Part shown: in pieces, positions 37,587-51,832 of the stretch | Numbering within the stretch: position 1 is the first letter of the stretch | Layout: every line of letters begins with the position of its first letter | Source: Geosiphon pyriformis uo1 | Taxonomy: Eukaryota > Fungi > Glomeromycota | Direction: 5' to 3' | DNA length: 64,000 bases | Assembly: GCA_016748015.1 (NCBI GenBank) | Contig: JAAOMT010000566.1 | Coordinates: 293,579-357,578 of the forward strand | Position numbers and translations under genes: made by a program | Notes under the pieces: generated by a model | Database searches by the model: none | What the model was told of the DNA's origin: nothing | What the model saw: only the letters and a program-made list of their open reading frames with translations

Positions 37587-39980
37587 CCATCCCTATTAAC
37601 TGTCAAGTCAAGAACTCTTATCTAACTATTAGTAGTCTGCATATTTTTGTTGCCAAAAAAGAAAAATTACACTGCTATTTGGATATTTTTTTATCTTTTG
37701 AGAGTTTGTTAAAACTTAGCTTGACTAAGGTGCATTCGGATGTTCAAATTTTTGTCAACCTAGTTTTAAGGAAAGCAATCTCTAATAAATAGTTTGTGTA
37801 TTTGGTGTTTGCAGTTTTTTATCTGATTATTAGTTACAAAACCCAATGTAGTTTTATTTCTATCAGCATATATAATAAATGGGATGCTCTCATTTATAGA
37901 AGTTTGAAGTTTAAGTCTGGTCTGCTGCTTGATTTTTCCAATAATGTAATTCATCATTCTTCTCTGTATAGTTTGAAAATGTTTAAACAGATTTAAGTTA
38001 AAAGCAAATCGGCTTCAGCTGTTTCTTTTGCAAATTCAGTTAGTATCTTAAACAAGTTATTTTCTTACAGGTTACATAATCTTCAGATTTTTAGCTAGCA
38101 TCCTCTTTACTTTCTACAGTTTCCAGTTCATGTCAAAGTCAATTTTTCAAATAACTTTTTGGCAGGTATAGTGTGCATATTTTCTGAATATGATTTGTCT
38201 TTGGACAACTCTTTGGCCAGTGCTTTTTGTCTTTAAAAAAATACTCTTATGTCTTTTGTCCTTGATAAGTCAGTTTATCTTAAGTGTGTCTCTTCTTTTC
38301 AACATTATAAAATTGCTTTTATAAACCAGCTGCATGATCAGAATGGTGCTGTTTTTAATTGAATAATCTTCAAACAGTGGAAGTGGTTAGACTTCTGTGG
38401 CTCTGTTCCTATTTGGTTCAAGCTTTCTGTTTGATTTCTTGGTAATATTGTTCTTCTTTCTGTTAGTCTTTCATATTTGGGTGGTTATAATTCTTTGGAT
38501 ATATTTCAATCTTATAAGTTTGGTATTGTTAGAAACAATTTGTTGTGTGCTGATGCTGGCCACTTTTTTGCCTATACAGATGGATCTTTGAATGGTCTGG
38601 GAACTCTCAGTATAAAGACTAGTGCAGCTGTTTTTTTGAGAACATTAATTTGGATTTAAGTATGCAGGTTTCTGGTTTGTTGTCTTCCACCATAGTAGAA
38701 CTACAGGTTATTGCTTTGGCTCTTGAGTGTGTTCCCTTTTTTTGTTCTGTGGATCTGTTTATGGACAGCCAGGCTGCTTTAAATGCATGCAAGTCGAATT
38801 TGAAATTAGTTGATCCAGATTTCAGGAATCAGTATTGGATCAAATGTTACCACATTGTAAATGTTATTCATTGTAAAAATTTAGATGTCAGTTGGCATAA
38901 GATTAGGAGTTATGCTGGTGTTTCAGACAATGAACATGCTAATATGTTTGCCAAAGTGGCTGTTGTCTTCAATTGGCATCTACCTCATTTGGTCAGTAAA
39001 TATTACCTTAAGGCTGATAGTATTGCTGTTTTTGGTAATTCTAGACATTTTGTTTAAGGGGTTTTTCAGTCTATTTATCATACATATTGGAAAACTGGTT
39101 TTGGTTCTTAAGTGGTGACAGACAGTATGTTTGTCAATATTGATTAGTTCAGATTATTTTTGGTGTGGCATCTTGACTTCTACTTAGTGGCTGGTTTTAC
39201 TAGTAAACAGACTACTGGTTCCTAAACATATTTTATAAAAGCTCTTTATTATTGGCTTCCTGTTGTTGTACATAAGTGACTATATGATAGATGGTATTTC
39301 AATGTGGTTTATTTGTTCTATAGTGATGTTGAGGTCTCAGACCATGCCTTTTCTTGCCTGTTTAATACTGCTGGTCATGCTTAGTTGTTAAACATTTATG
39401 TGTCTGCTTGGGGTGTATGCTCTAATTTATTTTGTTCTTTTTCTTGTGTTTTGCAGTTGTCATCCACTTGTGTTTCTAATATTGTAGTTAATATGGCTTT
39501 GTTTAAAGGTTTTGTTTTTAATAATTGGTATTGTGAATCTGTTTTAGTTTTCAAAGATTCTAAGATTGCAAGTTAGTGTATTGTGGATTTTGTGCATAAG
39601 TTTTGCCTTGTATTCTGAAAAGATATCTGGTTGGTTTGTGTCAAGCACCAGGCTTTTATGGAAAAGAATAGTTTGATTTCATGTAATGGTTTTATTTCTG
39701 CTCAATTTTGGATTTTTCTTTGTTGTTTTTGGCTGGCATAGTTAAATTGTTGGGCATTGTTGAAACAGTAGGTGTGAGTTTTGGGTTTTGTAAACCTTGT
39801 TTGTTTTTTTCAAGTATAAAGGACACAGTTTCTGTTTATATAGATGTTTAATATTGTTCTGATTAGCCTAAATAACTAGTTACATGTAGGAATTGCATGA
39901 TTCACACCTAGTTTAGATCATTTGTATGATGTATTGTACTAAGCAGTATTTGAATTTTACTTATTAAACATTAAAAAAAA
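37587..39980 (+). mobile_element. 5'-truncated LINE, right part (RT end, RNase H, C-terminus, 3' UTR, poly(A))
   Basis: Continues 27563-27712. Shows AYTDGSL..ELQVIALALE (RNase H), the shared 3' UTR at ~39850-39970 and an A tail. Confidence 0.88.
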
Positions 39981-40619
39981 ATATATAATAATAAATATTT
40001 TAAAATAAACATAATTTATATAATAATTATATATTATTAATTATTTAAATCAGTCAAAATTATATTATGTTTTTATAATTACAAAATTATTTTTATATAT
40101 ATTTTAAAAAACAAATGTCTTTTTTTAAGATTAAAAACAATTAATAAATTATTTTAAATATCTAATAATTAAACAATACTTTTAAATAAAAAGCTAATAA
40201 ATTTATTTATAATATTAAATAAATATTATTATTAATTAACAAATTATGTTTTTTTTTAATTTAATCTAAATTTAATATATAATAATCACATATGTTTTTA
40301 ATAAATAATAATCAAATTTTAAACAAAAATTAACAATAATAATACATATATGTTTAATATTATTAAAAATTTTTAAAGTTTTCTTATATTAATTTTTAAA
40401 AATAATATTTTTATATAGAATTATATAAAGTTTATTATTAATAAAACAATATAAAAATTGTAAAAATTATAAAAAAATTAACAAAAACATTAAATAATAT
40501 TTTTTAATAATTAAAATAATTAAATATAATAGTATGTTTAATATATAAATACTATTACAAAAAAACACATAATTAAAATTTTTTATTTTATTATATTAAA
40601 TATATTTAATACTTAAATA

Positions 40620-40985
40620 TAAAGAGACATTAAAGTGAATTGTGGTTGTTTAAAGTAAAGTACAAGGTAAATATAAAGAAGATTGGTCTGATTAATAATA
40701 TAAAAAAAATCTCTGGTTTTTCTTATAGTAAATTTGGTCATTTGTCAGTAAAAATTACTTATTTGTTAGATATTAATAAAATGTTTGCTATAAGTTTTGG
40801 TTTGCATAAGGCCTGTTTTTTTTTTTGGTATTTGTAATAGTATAAGAGTATGTGTAAATACATAGTATTACTTTGATTAACTTGTATATATAGTAAGTAT
40901 ATGAGTCATATTTGGTCAGATTTACTTAATTTGTCTCTGTATTTTAAATAGTAGTTGGGCTGTATTTGTTAAATTGAATAATAAA
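40620..40985 (+). mobile_element. Highly eroded LINE 3'-end remnant
   Basis: IWLFKV..FAISFGLHKACFFF resembles the ORF2 C-terminus. It is followed by a degenerate 3' UTR (..ttgggctgtatttgttaaa). Confidence 0.6.
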
Positions 40986-42177
40986 ATTATATATAAAAAA
41001 TTATAAAACTGTTTACAAATAATAACTATTAATTTTTTATTAACTATATTTATAATATATTTAATCAATATATATAAATTAAAATATTATATTATAAATA
41101 TTAATTTTTAGTTAATGTTTTTAATAATTAATATATTAACAAATCTGGTTTTTAAAACAATTTTCTAAAAAACATAATTAATAAATTTATAATTAAAAAT
41201 AATATAAAATAAAAAAAATAAAAACTTTGTAGTTTTATTAGTTATAATATTAATAATTTTATTATAAAAACATTAAAATGTCTTTTTATCTTAATAGAAT
41301 TAACAAATAATTTCTTTTTTTTAATTATTAAAACAATATAATAATATTTTAATTAGTATTTATAATAAAAATAAACTTAAATTATCTAATTTAGACTTAT
41401 ATATCTTAATAATAATCTAATTATTTATATATATATTAATATAATAAGATATAAAAATTATTTTTAATATAAAAATAATAATCTAAAATTTAATTAACTT
41501 ATTAGTAAAAATATTATAATTTAATACAAAAACAATTATTAAAATAGAAAATAATATAAAAAATTCATTAAATAATCTAATATTTGTAAAAAAAATAAAT
41601 GTTTTAATATCTTATAAAATATAAAAGATAAAATCAGAAGTTTAAAAACTTAATATAAGACAAAAACTAAAAACTTAGTTTTTTTTATTTTTTAGAAATT
41701 ATTTATTTTAAAATACTAATAGATTTATTTAATAATTATTAAGTTTTAATGATTATAATAAACAGATTAATAATTTTTAAATAATAAATTTTATTTAATA
41801 TAAAAAATACAAAAATATTTAACATAAATTAAAAAAATTTAAAACTCAAAATTAACAAAAAATATTAGTGTTTAAAAGATTATAAATAATGTTTATTAAA
41901 AAACTAAAAATATTTAATTTTTTAATAAAAAATATTATATTTTATAAAAATATAGATTAATTAATAATTTAAAAACTAATTATAATTAATTTAAATAGTA
42001 TTATTTACAAAAACATTGGCAAAAAAATACAATAAAAAATAATATTATATTTAATTTTATTAATGTTATAATTAATTTATTTTAGCTTTATATAAGAAAA
42101 GTTATAAAAAATACATTACAGCAAAAAAAACTTTATTTTAATTTAAATTATAAATTTTATAACTACCAAAATATGTA

Positions 42178-45100
42178 AACTTCTTTCTCTTCTTCATTCA
42201 AAATTCTCGAAAAAGAGTCTATAGTTTTTTCGAAAGAAGTTTTTTACCATTCAATACAATAAATCAAAACTGTTTTTTGATTACAAGACCACTGTTGGTT
42301 CTGTTATTGCTGTTATGAAGAAGACCATTAAAGCTTCTGGTTCTGAGGGTGGTTTCAAGACTGTTGTATCAAGGAGGAAGAAGAAGAAGGGTGGTGTGTT
42401 GGAAAAGAGTATTGATAATAAAAAGATTACTGCCAAAGTTCTTGGCACTCGTTCATGGGGTTCTAAGACTGGTAACACTACAGAATCTGAAAGTATAGAC
42501 ATAGAGGAAAAATGCTTGGTTGAAAAAACCAGTGTAGACTATGATGATAATAGTACTTTTGCAGGAAGAAATCCTGATCAAACACCAAAGAGTTTGTATG
42601 TGAAGACCAAAAAAGTATTAGGGAAGCCACTGGGTGTGATTGATTATGATACTGTCAATGCAGAAGATGATGTGTTGGATGATTCTCTTCTTTTCCCACC
42701 TCCTCTTCCAGCCAAACTGTCCATTCAAGTACCTGTTCACAAATCTTTCACTTTAGATATTGATCTGGTAGTGGTGGCTGGAAAATCCTCTTATAAGAAA
42801 GTCAATTTTGTCAGAAGAATCTTTTTAGGAGTAAATGGTTTTGGGGGGGCCTCTACTCCCTCAAAATTTGGTGGAATCATCCAGGCATCTTTCACTTCTG
42901 AAAAGGCGATGATGGCAGTTGTACAATTGGCAAATAATCATGGTGTTGTGATAAACACCAATCTTAAGCGCCCCATCAACAATCGTATGAATCGGGCAAT
43001 TGTGTTAAAAGAAATTCCTGTGGGAACTTCTATTGAGACAGTGTATGCAGCCATTTCTGAATTTGGGGTTATTAAGTCGATCAAGATGCAGTTGGTGGGT
43101 CTATGGCAAAAGGCGATCATCAAATTAGAAGATCAAATTCAGGCTGATCTCTTGGCAGCTGAGTGGTCCATCCTTATTGGGAAAGATACAGTGCGTGTGG
43201 CCCAGGCCAATGTTGACAAACAAATGTGGGATGCCAGAGATGAGTTTAGGGCTTTACTTTATATTCTTTCCATGGACACCAATGCTTATGATCTTTGGGA
43301 CTTCATTGGTTTAGTTGGTTGGAAAACATGTGTTATTGAGTGCAGTTCTGTCAGTTATGTCCGAGCATGCTGTGCTACTGTGTGCTTTAATTCTGAGAGT
43401 AGTCTTATTCAGGCAATGGCAAACATTCCTGTTATAAAAAGTGTTGGTCTCCAATAGTCTCATTTAACCATTGCACTGTGCTCAATTTGCAAAACTTTCA
43501 GTCATACTTCTCTCGCTTGTTGTACTGCTGGTGTGTCTTCAAGTCCTAGGAGCAAGAAAGCTTCTTTCTCAGTTCAGGATTAGTTCCATTTGGCAAAGAT
43601 ATATGAAAAAAAGTCTGCCCCTGTTTCTTGTCTTTTGGCTTTCAGTGGAAAAACTTGGGCTTCCATGGTTGGTAAACCACTCCCAATAGTGTCTTTTGGT
43701 GGTTCAGCTCAATCTGGTTCCATATCTTATGGTAAATCTCTCCCGACTGTTAATGGTAAATCGGAAAATTGTTTGAAGAATATTGAAAGCAGTCTTGTCA
43801 GTCTTGCGAGACAAATTAATGAGTTGGCTAAGAGGTTGGACTCATTCATGTCAGCAGTTTTCCAGCCTAGCCCTGGATGTCAGCTGTCGGTGACCCCCCC
43901 ATCACAGAATCAAGAGGAGGATATAGTAATGGGAGTGAGTTTGGGTGATGCCACTAGTGACAAGACTGCTGCCATTTTTGGTTCAACTGCCTCACCTGAG
44001 GTTGTGAAATTGGAAAACATGTTGGAAGGTCTCTCTGCTTTGGTCATAAGCCTATCAGCGCGCTTGGATGGTTTGGCTTTGGCAGGTGGTGCTCTTCCTT
44101 TCCCTCTTTCTTAATAAATGGTCTAATATAGAAAATTGCTACATGTAATGTTCATGGGTTGAACAATCTTGTGAAGCAAGATGATGTTATTCATAGGCAT
44201 AAGGATATGGACAATTTGGTTTCTATTTTTATGAAGTCAAAGCTTAAAGGGAAAGTTTGCCCATGGTTGGCTGACAAATTTAATGGTGTTCGGGTTTTTA
44301 CTTCTGGTCTGAATTTTGGTTCTTCAGATGCTGAGGTGTTAATCATCGTGAATTCTTTTTTAGCAAAGCATGTTTACAAGATTTCTAAGGTGCCTGGTCG
44401 GCTCTTATCTATTAAGTTGCTTTTCAAAAATAAACTTTTGGTGTCTATTTTGGGGCTCTATGCTGGTGCCTCATCAGTGGCTTGATTTTCTTAGGCTGGT
44501 GAGATCAACTTTCTCATTGCTAAAGCCATTAATGAGTCTTCTTTTGTTATTCTTGGTGGTGATTTTAATGAGGATGATTCATACAAATATGCCAGCTTCA
44601 AAAAATATTTTAATTTGGGTTTGATTAACTCTCTGGAGGGGAGTTCTTTTGTAAAGTTACCTACTTGATAAAATTTTTGTGGTATCACTAAAACAATCAA
44701 CTATGTGTTTGTTTCTTCTAATTTGGTTGGTACAGTCATGGATCATGGTGTGGATGGTATTGTAAAATATTTTGATACCAATCACAAGGCCATTTATGTT
44801 TTTGTGGAACTGGGTGGCCTGTTCAATGTCTAGCTGAATTCACTGTGCAAACAAGCTAATAGAGATTGTTAGAAATATAATATCAAAAATGCCAGTGAGA
44901 TTAAGTAATTGGAATTCAGGAATGCTACAGCTGCTAATACTGTTATGTTTTCAGATGAGTTTGTTGCGGCTAAGCAGTTTTCTGATCTGGATGCAATGTG
45001 GAATATTGTTTGTAAGATTATAGTTCTTTCGGCTGGTAAAATGTTCAAGAAAAAATGGTTTAAGAGTTTTGATTGTGTTTTTAATAAGATATCTTCTTGG

Positions 45101-47076
45101 TTTCATAGACTGGAGCTACTTGTATTTAAACTGGTGAAGGCTTCTCGGTTGGTTTCTGGTGGAGATTTTGCCTTGTTGTGGGATACTTAGAACAGGCTTG
45201 ATTTTGTGAGTGCTTCATCAATAAAAGCTCTGTTTCTTTCTGGTGCCAGTTTTGATGCGATCTGTTCTGGGCTGGCTAAGGCAAGGAAGTCTTACTGCTC
45301 TTCTAAGTTATTGGAATCTAAGCATGCTGAAGAATCTCATATAAGGCAGGCTATTAAGAGGAGAATGGAGAGTTTTGAGGTGAATAAGGGTCACACCATT
45401 AGAAGTGTTTTGAAGTGTCCTTTTCATAAAGTGGTGTTAGATCATTTGGTAGATAATAGGGAGTTGGTCTTGGAGCCTGATTTGGTTAAATCTAAGGTGG
45501 ATGGGATCATAGAGGGTTGGACTAAGAAATATGTAGTGGCTTCTGATATCTTTGGTAATTGGGCAAGGCAGTTTTGGCCTTTGAATCATGTTTTCGATGA
45601 TGCCTTCTCTGATGTAATGCATTCAATCAGTTTTGATGAAATGTTTGGTGTTATTTCAAATTTGCCTAATAGGAAAGCGGCTGGTCTTTCTGGTATCACT
45701 AATGAACTTTGGAAACACTGTGACAAGTCAGTCTTGGATATGCTTTTGGTGCTCTTGAATTTTTGTTTAGATTGTGAGTTAGTGCCTGGACCTTGGAGGG
45801 AAGCCTGGGTCTCAATGATTCCTAAACCTTATGAGTGGGAAGGGGTTCTTACAAATACCTGCCCTATTGCTTTGATTGAAACAGCTCACAAGATCTTTTC
45901 CAAGATTCTTTCAGATCGGATCTCTTTGGCTTGTAGCACTTTTGATGTTCTCTGTGGGGACAATTTCTCTGTTCTGAAAGGTACGTCTACTCATTCACTT
46001 ATCTTTGCTATTGGTTCAGTGATTAAAGATGCTTTGGAAAAGGACTGAAAGTTGTGGCTGGTTTTACAGGATATGCACAAAGTCTATGATTCTGTTAGTT
46101 GAGAGCATTTCAAGAGGAGTTTGATCAGGGTCAAAATGTGTGACAAATTTATCAGATTTTTTAGTAGCATTCATAATGGTCACACTAACAGAGTGATGAC
46201 AGATTTTGGTTTAACTAATGAATATCATGTTCATAATGGATTGGATCAGGGAGAGGTTTTTTCACCACTTCTCTGGCACATATTTTATGACTTGCTTTTG
46301 TGTGAGGTTAAGAAACAGGAAAGCATTTGTGGTTACAAGTTGATTTCTTATTTCGTTTCTAAGACTGGCCAGGTAGAATCTCAAGTTGAGTTGACATTGT
46401 TTCTAGCCGCTAGTGCTTTTGTTGATAATACTATCTGGGTCAGTAGCAGCCAAGCTGCTACACAACACATCCTCAATGTTGCTAGTAAGTTCTTTTGTTT
46501 AAATGACATTTCGATAAACAATGACAAAACTGTGGTCATTCCTATCAACTGTCAGGTCACTGCTCCTTACCTAACTATCAGTGATATGCCAATTTCCATC
46601 ATTAAAAGAGGTGAATTTTATTATTATCTGGGTATTTTTTTATCTTCTGATAGTTTTTCGAAGTTTAGCTTGGTTAAGACGCATTTGAATGTTTGGTTTT
46701 TTGTCAATCTCATTTTGAGAAAAGTTATTTCGGATAAACAGTTTGCTTATTTGGTGTCTTTAGTTCTCTTTCTTATCGTCAGCTACAGAATTCAATTCAG
46801 TTTTATTCCTTTTAGTGTGTGTAATAAATGGGATGCTTTGATTCATAAGAGCCTGAAATCCAAATCTGAGTTGCCTTTGGACTTTCCCAATGATGTACTT
46901 TATCATTCTTCCTTGTACAATTTAAAGACTTTTGAGCAAATTCAGGCTGAAAGCAAGTTGGCTTCTGTTATTGCTTTTGCGAATTCGGTTGGTGTTTTGA
47001 GTTGCTTGTTTTCTCATAGGTCTCACAATCTTCAGGTTCTCAGCTGGCGTCCTTGTTATTCTTTGTTGTTTCCTGT
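42178..47076 (+). mobile_element. LINE (ORF1 plus APE-RT part of ORF2), interrupted by element C
   Basis: Homologous to 20761-25640. ORF1 ~42315-44114. APE motif LGGDFN. RT motifs KAAGLSG, GLDQGEVFSPLLW and AFVD(D)T. Confidence 0.9.
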
Positions 47077-50000
47077 TGTTACGGTTTAAGAATTTAGCAA
47101 AAAAAAGAATCATAAAAATAATACAAACTATTTAATCATAATATAGCACAGTAATAATCTTAGAAAGGTAATGATTAACATAGTAGCAAACACCATCTTG
47201 CAATAGTGGTAAGCACCAGTTCACAATAGCAGCCAATACCAACTGGTGATAGCAGCAAACACCAGGTTGAAATATCAAAAAAAAAGTATTACAATGTGTT
47301 TTTTCGTAGAACTACAAACATGTATATATACAGTAGTTTTAATATTGAGAAATAATCAATCAAGTAATAAAAATCATAACTTATTAAGTAATAGATCCAA
47401 TTTTATCCAACAAACTCTACTTTAAATCATACTTTCAAATTAAATATCCCAAAAAACCTTTAAAATCAAAAAAAAATGAAAAAGAATATTTAAAACTGAA
47501 CTATCACAACCCAAAGTATTAAGAAACTTATTTGTATTATTTATTGAATGAAACTATCATTCATCAACTGAATCCCTTGGAAGAATAATCTTTGATCAAG
47601 ATTATTCACGTTGTTACTAATTGATAAAAGCTTTATTGTAAGAATTAGAAAAGCGCTAAAGACCATTAACATTCTGTGTTTCTAGATTAGAGAAACATAC
47701 CAGGCAATTGCAAGGATAGCCTCAGAAAAGACCCCAAACAGTGAGTAGATTTCAGTTCAGCCTTTGAGAAAGAGTACATAAACACACACAACAATCAAAA
47801 ATTGAAGAATAACTTACATCGCAACAAAAAAAAAGCCTTTAGTATAACAGTGACATTATCACACAAATAGAATTGAGGAACTCACAAAAGACTGATTGCA
47901 ATTAAAATGGGATATCAGCAATTAAATATAACAAGAAAACCAGCCCATAACATTTGGTGAACCCTACGAAGAAAGAAAATCAAAAAAAAAAATAATAATT
48001 AACAATAATTCATTGCTAAAAAGGAAGAGACAAAAGTGGCAACAAAAACCCCTAATCTTACTGTTCTTGAATTTTGCTGTGCTATTTACACACAAAATCA
48101 AAGTGATCTTGGATTATCAGAAGGGTGTTGTCCAGCAGAATCTGTCCTTACTTATTATATTAACGCCAGAATAAATTATTATATAGGAAAGGAAAAAGAA
48201 CCACACGACGCAAAACTTGGATTGTATAGAGAATTATCACAATACACTACAAAAGAAGTAGCAGTAATAGCCACAACTATTGTCAAAATCCATCGAGAAA
48301 TTGAGCAATACACTAACAAAAATTTTCTAATATCCACAGGAAACACTAGGGAATGTGCCAACAAAACCAAAGAAAATTTAGAAACTAATCAGGAAAGTAA
48401 CCAGCAAAAACTAGAAACACCAGCTCAAACACCAAAGAAAACTGTCATTCAATCAATAAAGAAACAACGTATTTATTCACCAGAAGATAAATCATACCAT
48501 TTTTCACCAGAAAATAAGATACAAATTCCATTAGGAGCTGCATCATCATCAACATCAACTCCACAAACGCCAAGAACTCCTAGTTATACTGATAAAATTA
48601 AACAATGTAACTGGGGAGACATACCAATTACAAGAGGATATTCATTACTATTCGAAAACCCTCTTTTTCAGCCAAAATTTAGAATGGGGTTTGAAAACCA
48701 TGAAGAGGAGTCTGAATCGGAATCCGAAAAAGAGACCAGCAAAAAAACAATCACAAGACCAGTCACTAGAACAAGCAGCCAATCCAAAAACCAAGAAACT
48801 CGTGATCAAGAGGAAGAACCAGATATAAGGGAAGCCACCTTTAGGAACACTTAAGGAAATATCATCCCACCTCCTCTTAGACCAATAAACCCACCAGCAG
48901 AAAACGGCAACAAAATGACTACACCATACATTGCAAGACTAACAGATTTCTCAAGAGAGGAAGAAGAAACGGACATGTACATATGGCTCAGAGAAGCACA
49001 AAAAGCCATCCAGGCAAATAACTGGAATGACCAAAGAGCAATTCAAACATTACCTTTCTTCCTGAAAGGCACAGCTGACTCGTGGTATCAAAGCCTAGAA
49101 ACAAAACCCACGAGCTTCACCAAATTTAAAAATGCACTCCTGGAATATTTTAGCGACCCAAACGCCGTAATCCAATTACAGAACGAATTCAATACTATCA
49201 AGCAAAATACCAGTGAAACTGTCACCCAATATCTTGCTCGATTCAATCGAATTTGCCGTTAGATTGAAGCAATTGAACAAGGATACTACACTGATCCTTA
49301 GGTTTTAAATCAGTTTATTAGAGAATTAAAAAGCAGCATTTTAGGAAAAGTATGTCCTGCCCACCCTAATTCCTTATCAGAAGCTGTTACGCTTGCCAGA
49401 GCCCTTGAATTGGCTAAGAAAGAAGCTAACCATAGTTAAATGGTTAACATAGTAATGGAGGAAAATAAGACAGAAACATTAGAGAAAAGAGTAATGCAAT
49501 TAGGAGAGGAACTCTCTAAAAAAATAGAAAGTTACCTCATCCCGGATCCAAGAAAAAATACATACCAACCACCCCAAAGACGCAGCCAGGAAGTCAGTGA
49601 CAGTCGAAATAATTGCTCATTGCACCAGGAATTCAGAACAGAAACACGCGCCTGCCATTTTTGCAAATGCATAGGACATTTGATTAGTCAATGTCGAACA
49701 CGAATGATGCAGAAAGCACGTGAAAATAATTACTATGCACCACCCCAAATGCCCAGAAACCAGTACATGCCAATACCACGCCAATATCCCACCACATATC
49801 AAAATCAAAGAGCTTACCAGCAACAGCCCATGATAGCCAACCCAAATTGGCGTCCCGAGGCCCGAAATCAGCCCATGTGGAACCAGAATGCGTTGGTCCA
49901 GAGGAATCCAAACCATGCTGGAACCAATCAGCAAACCAATCCAAACTACCAAAATTATCAACAAACTTACTTTAATATACCAGAAAACCTGATTATCGGA

Positions 50001-50860
50001 AACAATGACAATAGAAACATAAACAGAACCAAGAATTCCTCCAAATTGAGCCAGACAATACCACCAGCAGTTGCCACTGAAGATAGCAGCCTCGCAGCTA
50101 TTTTTCCTTTTGAATTAGAGGAAAACGAGGCTATGTTCAGTGGAACAGCATTGAACAAAAAATGCCCAATCACTGCTATGTATACGGAAGCCACTGTAAA
50201 CAATACTCCAATCAAACTTATCTTAGACAGCGGATCCGCTGGAAGCATCGTAACACTTCAACTAGTAAACCAACTGGGTTTCAAAGTTGATCGTGCTGCG
50301 ACATCCCAAATCATAACAGCCAATGGAAGTACAAAGCTGCCTCATGGTGAAATTGACTCATTTCCTTTCAAAATTAATGGCATAATAATACCTACAAAAG
50401 TATTAATAATGGACGCTACATAATATCAAGCATTAGTAAGGAATGACTGGCTAACAAAAGCCAATACCACCTTAGACTGGACCACCCAAGAGCTTCTGAT
50501 CAATTATAATGGCCACCAGGCCAAAATTCCAGCCACCTGTGGCCACTTCCAAAAACCCAGCGCCAACCAAAGACCTACCTTTAAATTTGAAAAAAATCCA
50601 GCACTACCAGCCATTGAAACCTATTAGCTCTCTTGGGCTGATGACCAAAGAACAGGACTACCAGCCATACCAATGTGGACCAACGAAGAAAGATCTGAAT
50701 AAAACCAGGTAAGTTCACGAAGAAACCACCAGTAATGTAGACCAAAGCTAGAATGCTCGGTTTGTAAGAAGAAACTCTCGTCTATGACTACATGCAGTGC
50801 ACCAGATGAAGACCTAAGAAATCCCACCCACTACTATTGTAACCATTGTAACAAAGAAAA
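47077..50860 (+). mobile_element. Truncated Ty3/Gypsy element, family C (5' LTR, PBS, gag, protease)
   Basis: LTR 47077-47952 (TGTTACGG..CCATAACA), PBS TTTGGTGAACCCTACG at 47953, gag from GTG 48036, CHFCKCIGHLISQC knuckle, LILDSGS. Breaks off inside the Cys-rich domain. Confidence 0.9.
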
Positions 50861-51044
50861 ATGGTTTTTAACTATAGTGATCTATCCAGAATATCAATTT
50901 CAAATCTTGCATCTGTATTATGTGTATGTTCAGACATAATGCTCTCATTATTATCACTGAATTTAGTTAATTCCTGCTCTATTGTAAGATCTAGAAGCGT
51001 AATATATTGTTTGGTGTTTGAAGCGGCATTTGAATTTGTTGTTA

Positions 51045-51200
51045 ATGGAGTTTAAATTGTCATTGTCATTAGTGGAGTTTGAATCATTGTTGTCATCAGC
51101 AGAGTTTGAATTGTTGTTATCATCAGTGGAGTTTGAATCATTGCTGTCATTAATAGAGTTTGAATTATTGCTGTCATCAGTAGAGTTTGAATCAGGATTA
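51045..51200. repeat. 27-bp tandem repeat, about 5-6 copies (encodes SNSTDDNND-like units on the minus strand)
   Basis: gagtttgaatcattgttgtcatcagca-like units recur every 27 nt. Confidence 0.85.
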
Positions 51201-51515
51201 AGTTCCGATTCTGATTCCGATTTGTTTTTGCTTATTGGTTCTTCTTCGAATATATGATGCATGGAAGTGAATTGTGACTACATTCCAATATTCTGACTCA
51301 GGGCCGTCAAGTAAGTTTTGCTAATTTATTGGTACTGTGAGAATTAAGTTTTATTGGGCTATTGAAGCTAAGTTTCCTTGTATGATAGTAGAGTTTGGAA
51401 TTTATCGGACTTCAAATGTTCAGGTTTTTGGATAATTTCCAGAGTTTGCTAGAGATTTAACAAGTTTTATTGATGGTAAGTTTCTTTGTATAATAGTAGA
51501 GTTAGAATTATTGGG

Positions 51516-51832
51516 TTTCGAATGTTTAGGTTTTTGAATGATCAGGTCTTTAATAATCAGAGTTTTAACAAGTTTTAATGAATTTATCAAAGATAGGTTT
51601 CGAATGTTTGGGGTTTTAATGATCGAATTTTGAATAAACAGAGTTTTAATTTAACAAGTTTTAATGAATTTATCAATGGTAATTTTCGAATGTTCAGGGT
51701 TTTAATGATCGGGTCTTGAATAATCAGAGTTTTTAATTTAATGAGTTTTAACGAATTTATTAATGGTACATTTCAAATAGTCAGGGTTTTAATGATCAGA
51801 TCTTGAATAATCGGAGTTTTAATTTAACAAGG
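51516..51832. repeat. ~86-bp tandem repeat, about 3.7 copies
   Basis: Units start tttcgaatgtt at ~51516, 51598, 51684 and 51771. Confidence 0.85.

Noticed and set aside
51516-51832. Regular ~86-bp array as a possible CRISPR
   Set aside because: Whole units are repeated with no unique spacers. The context is eukaryotic and there are no cas genes.
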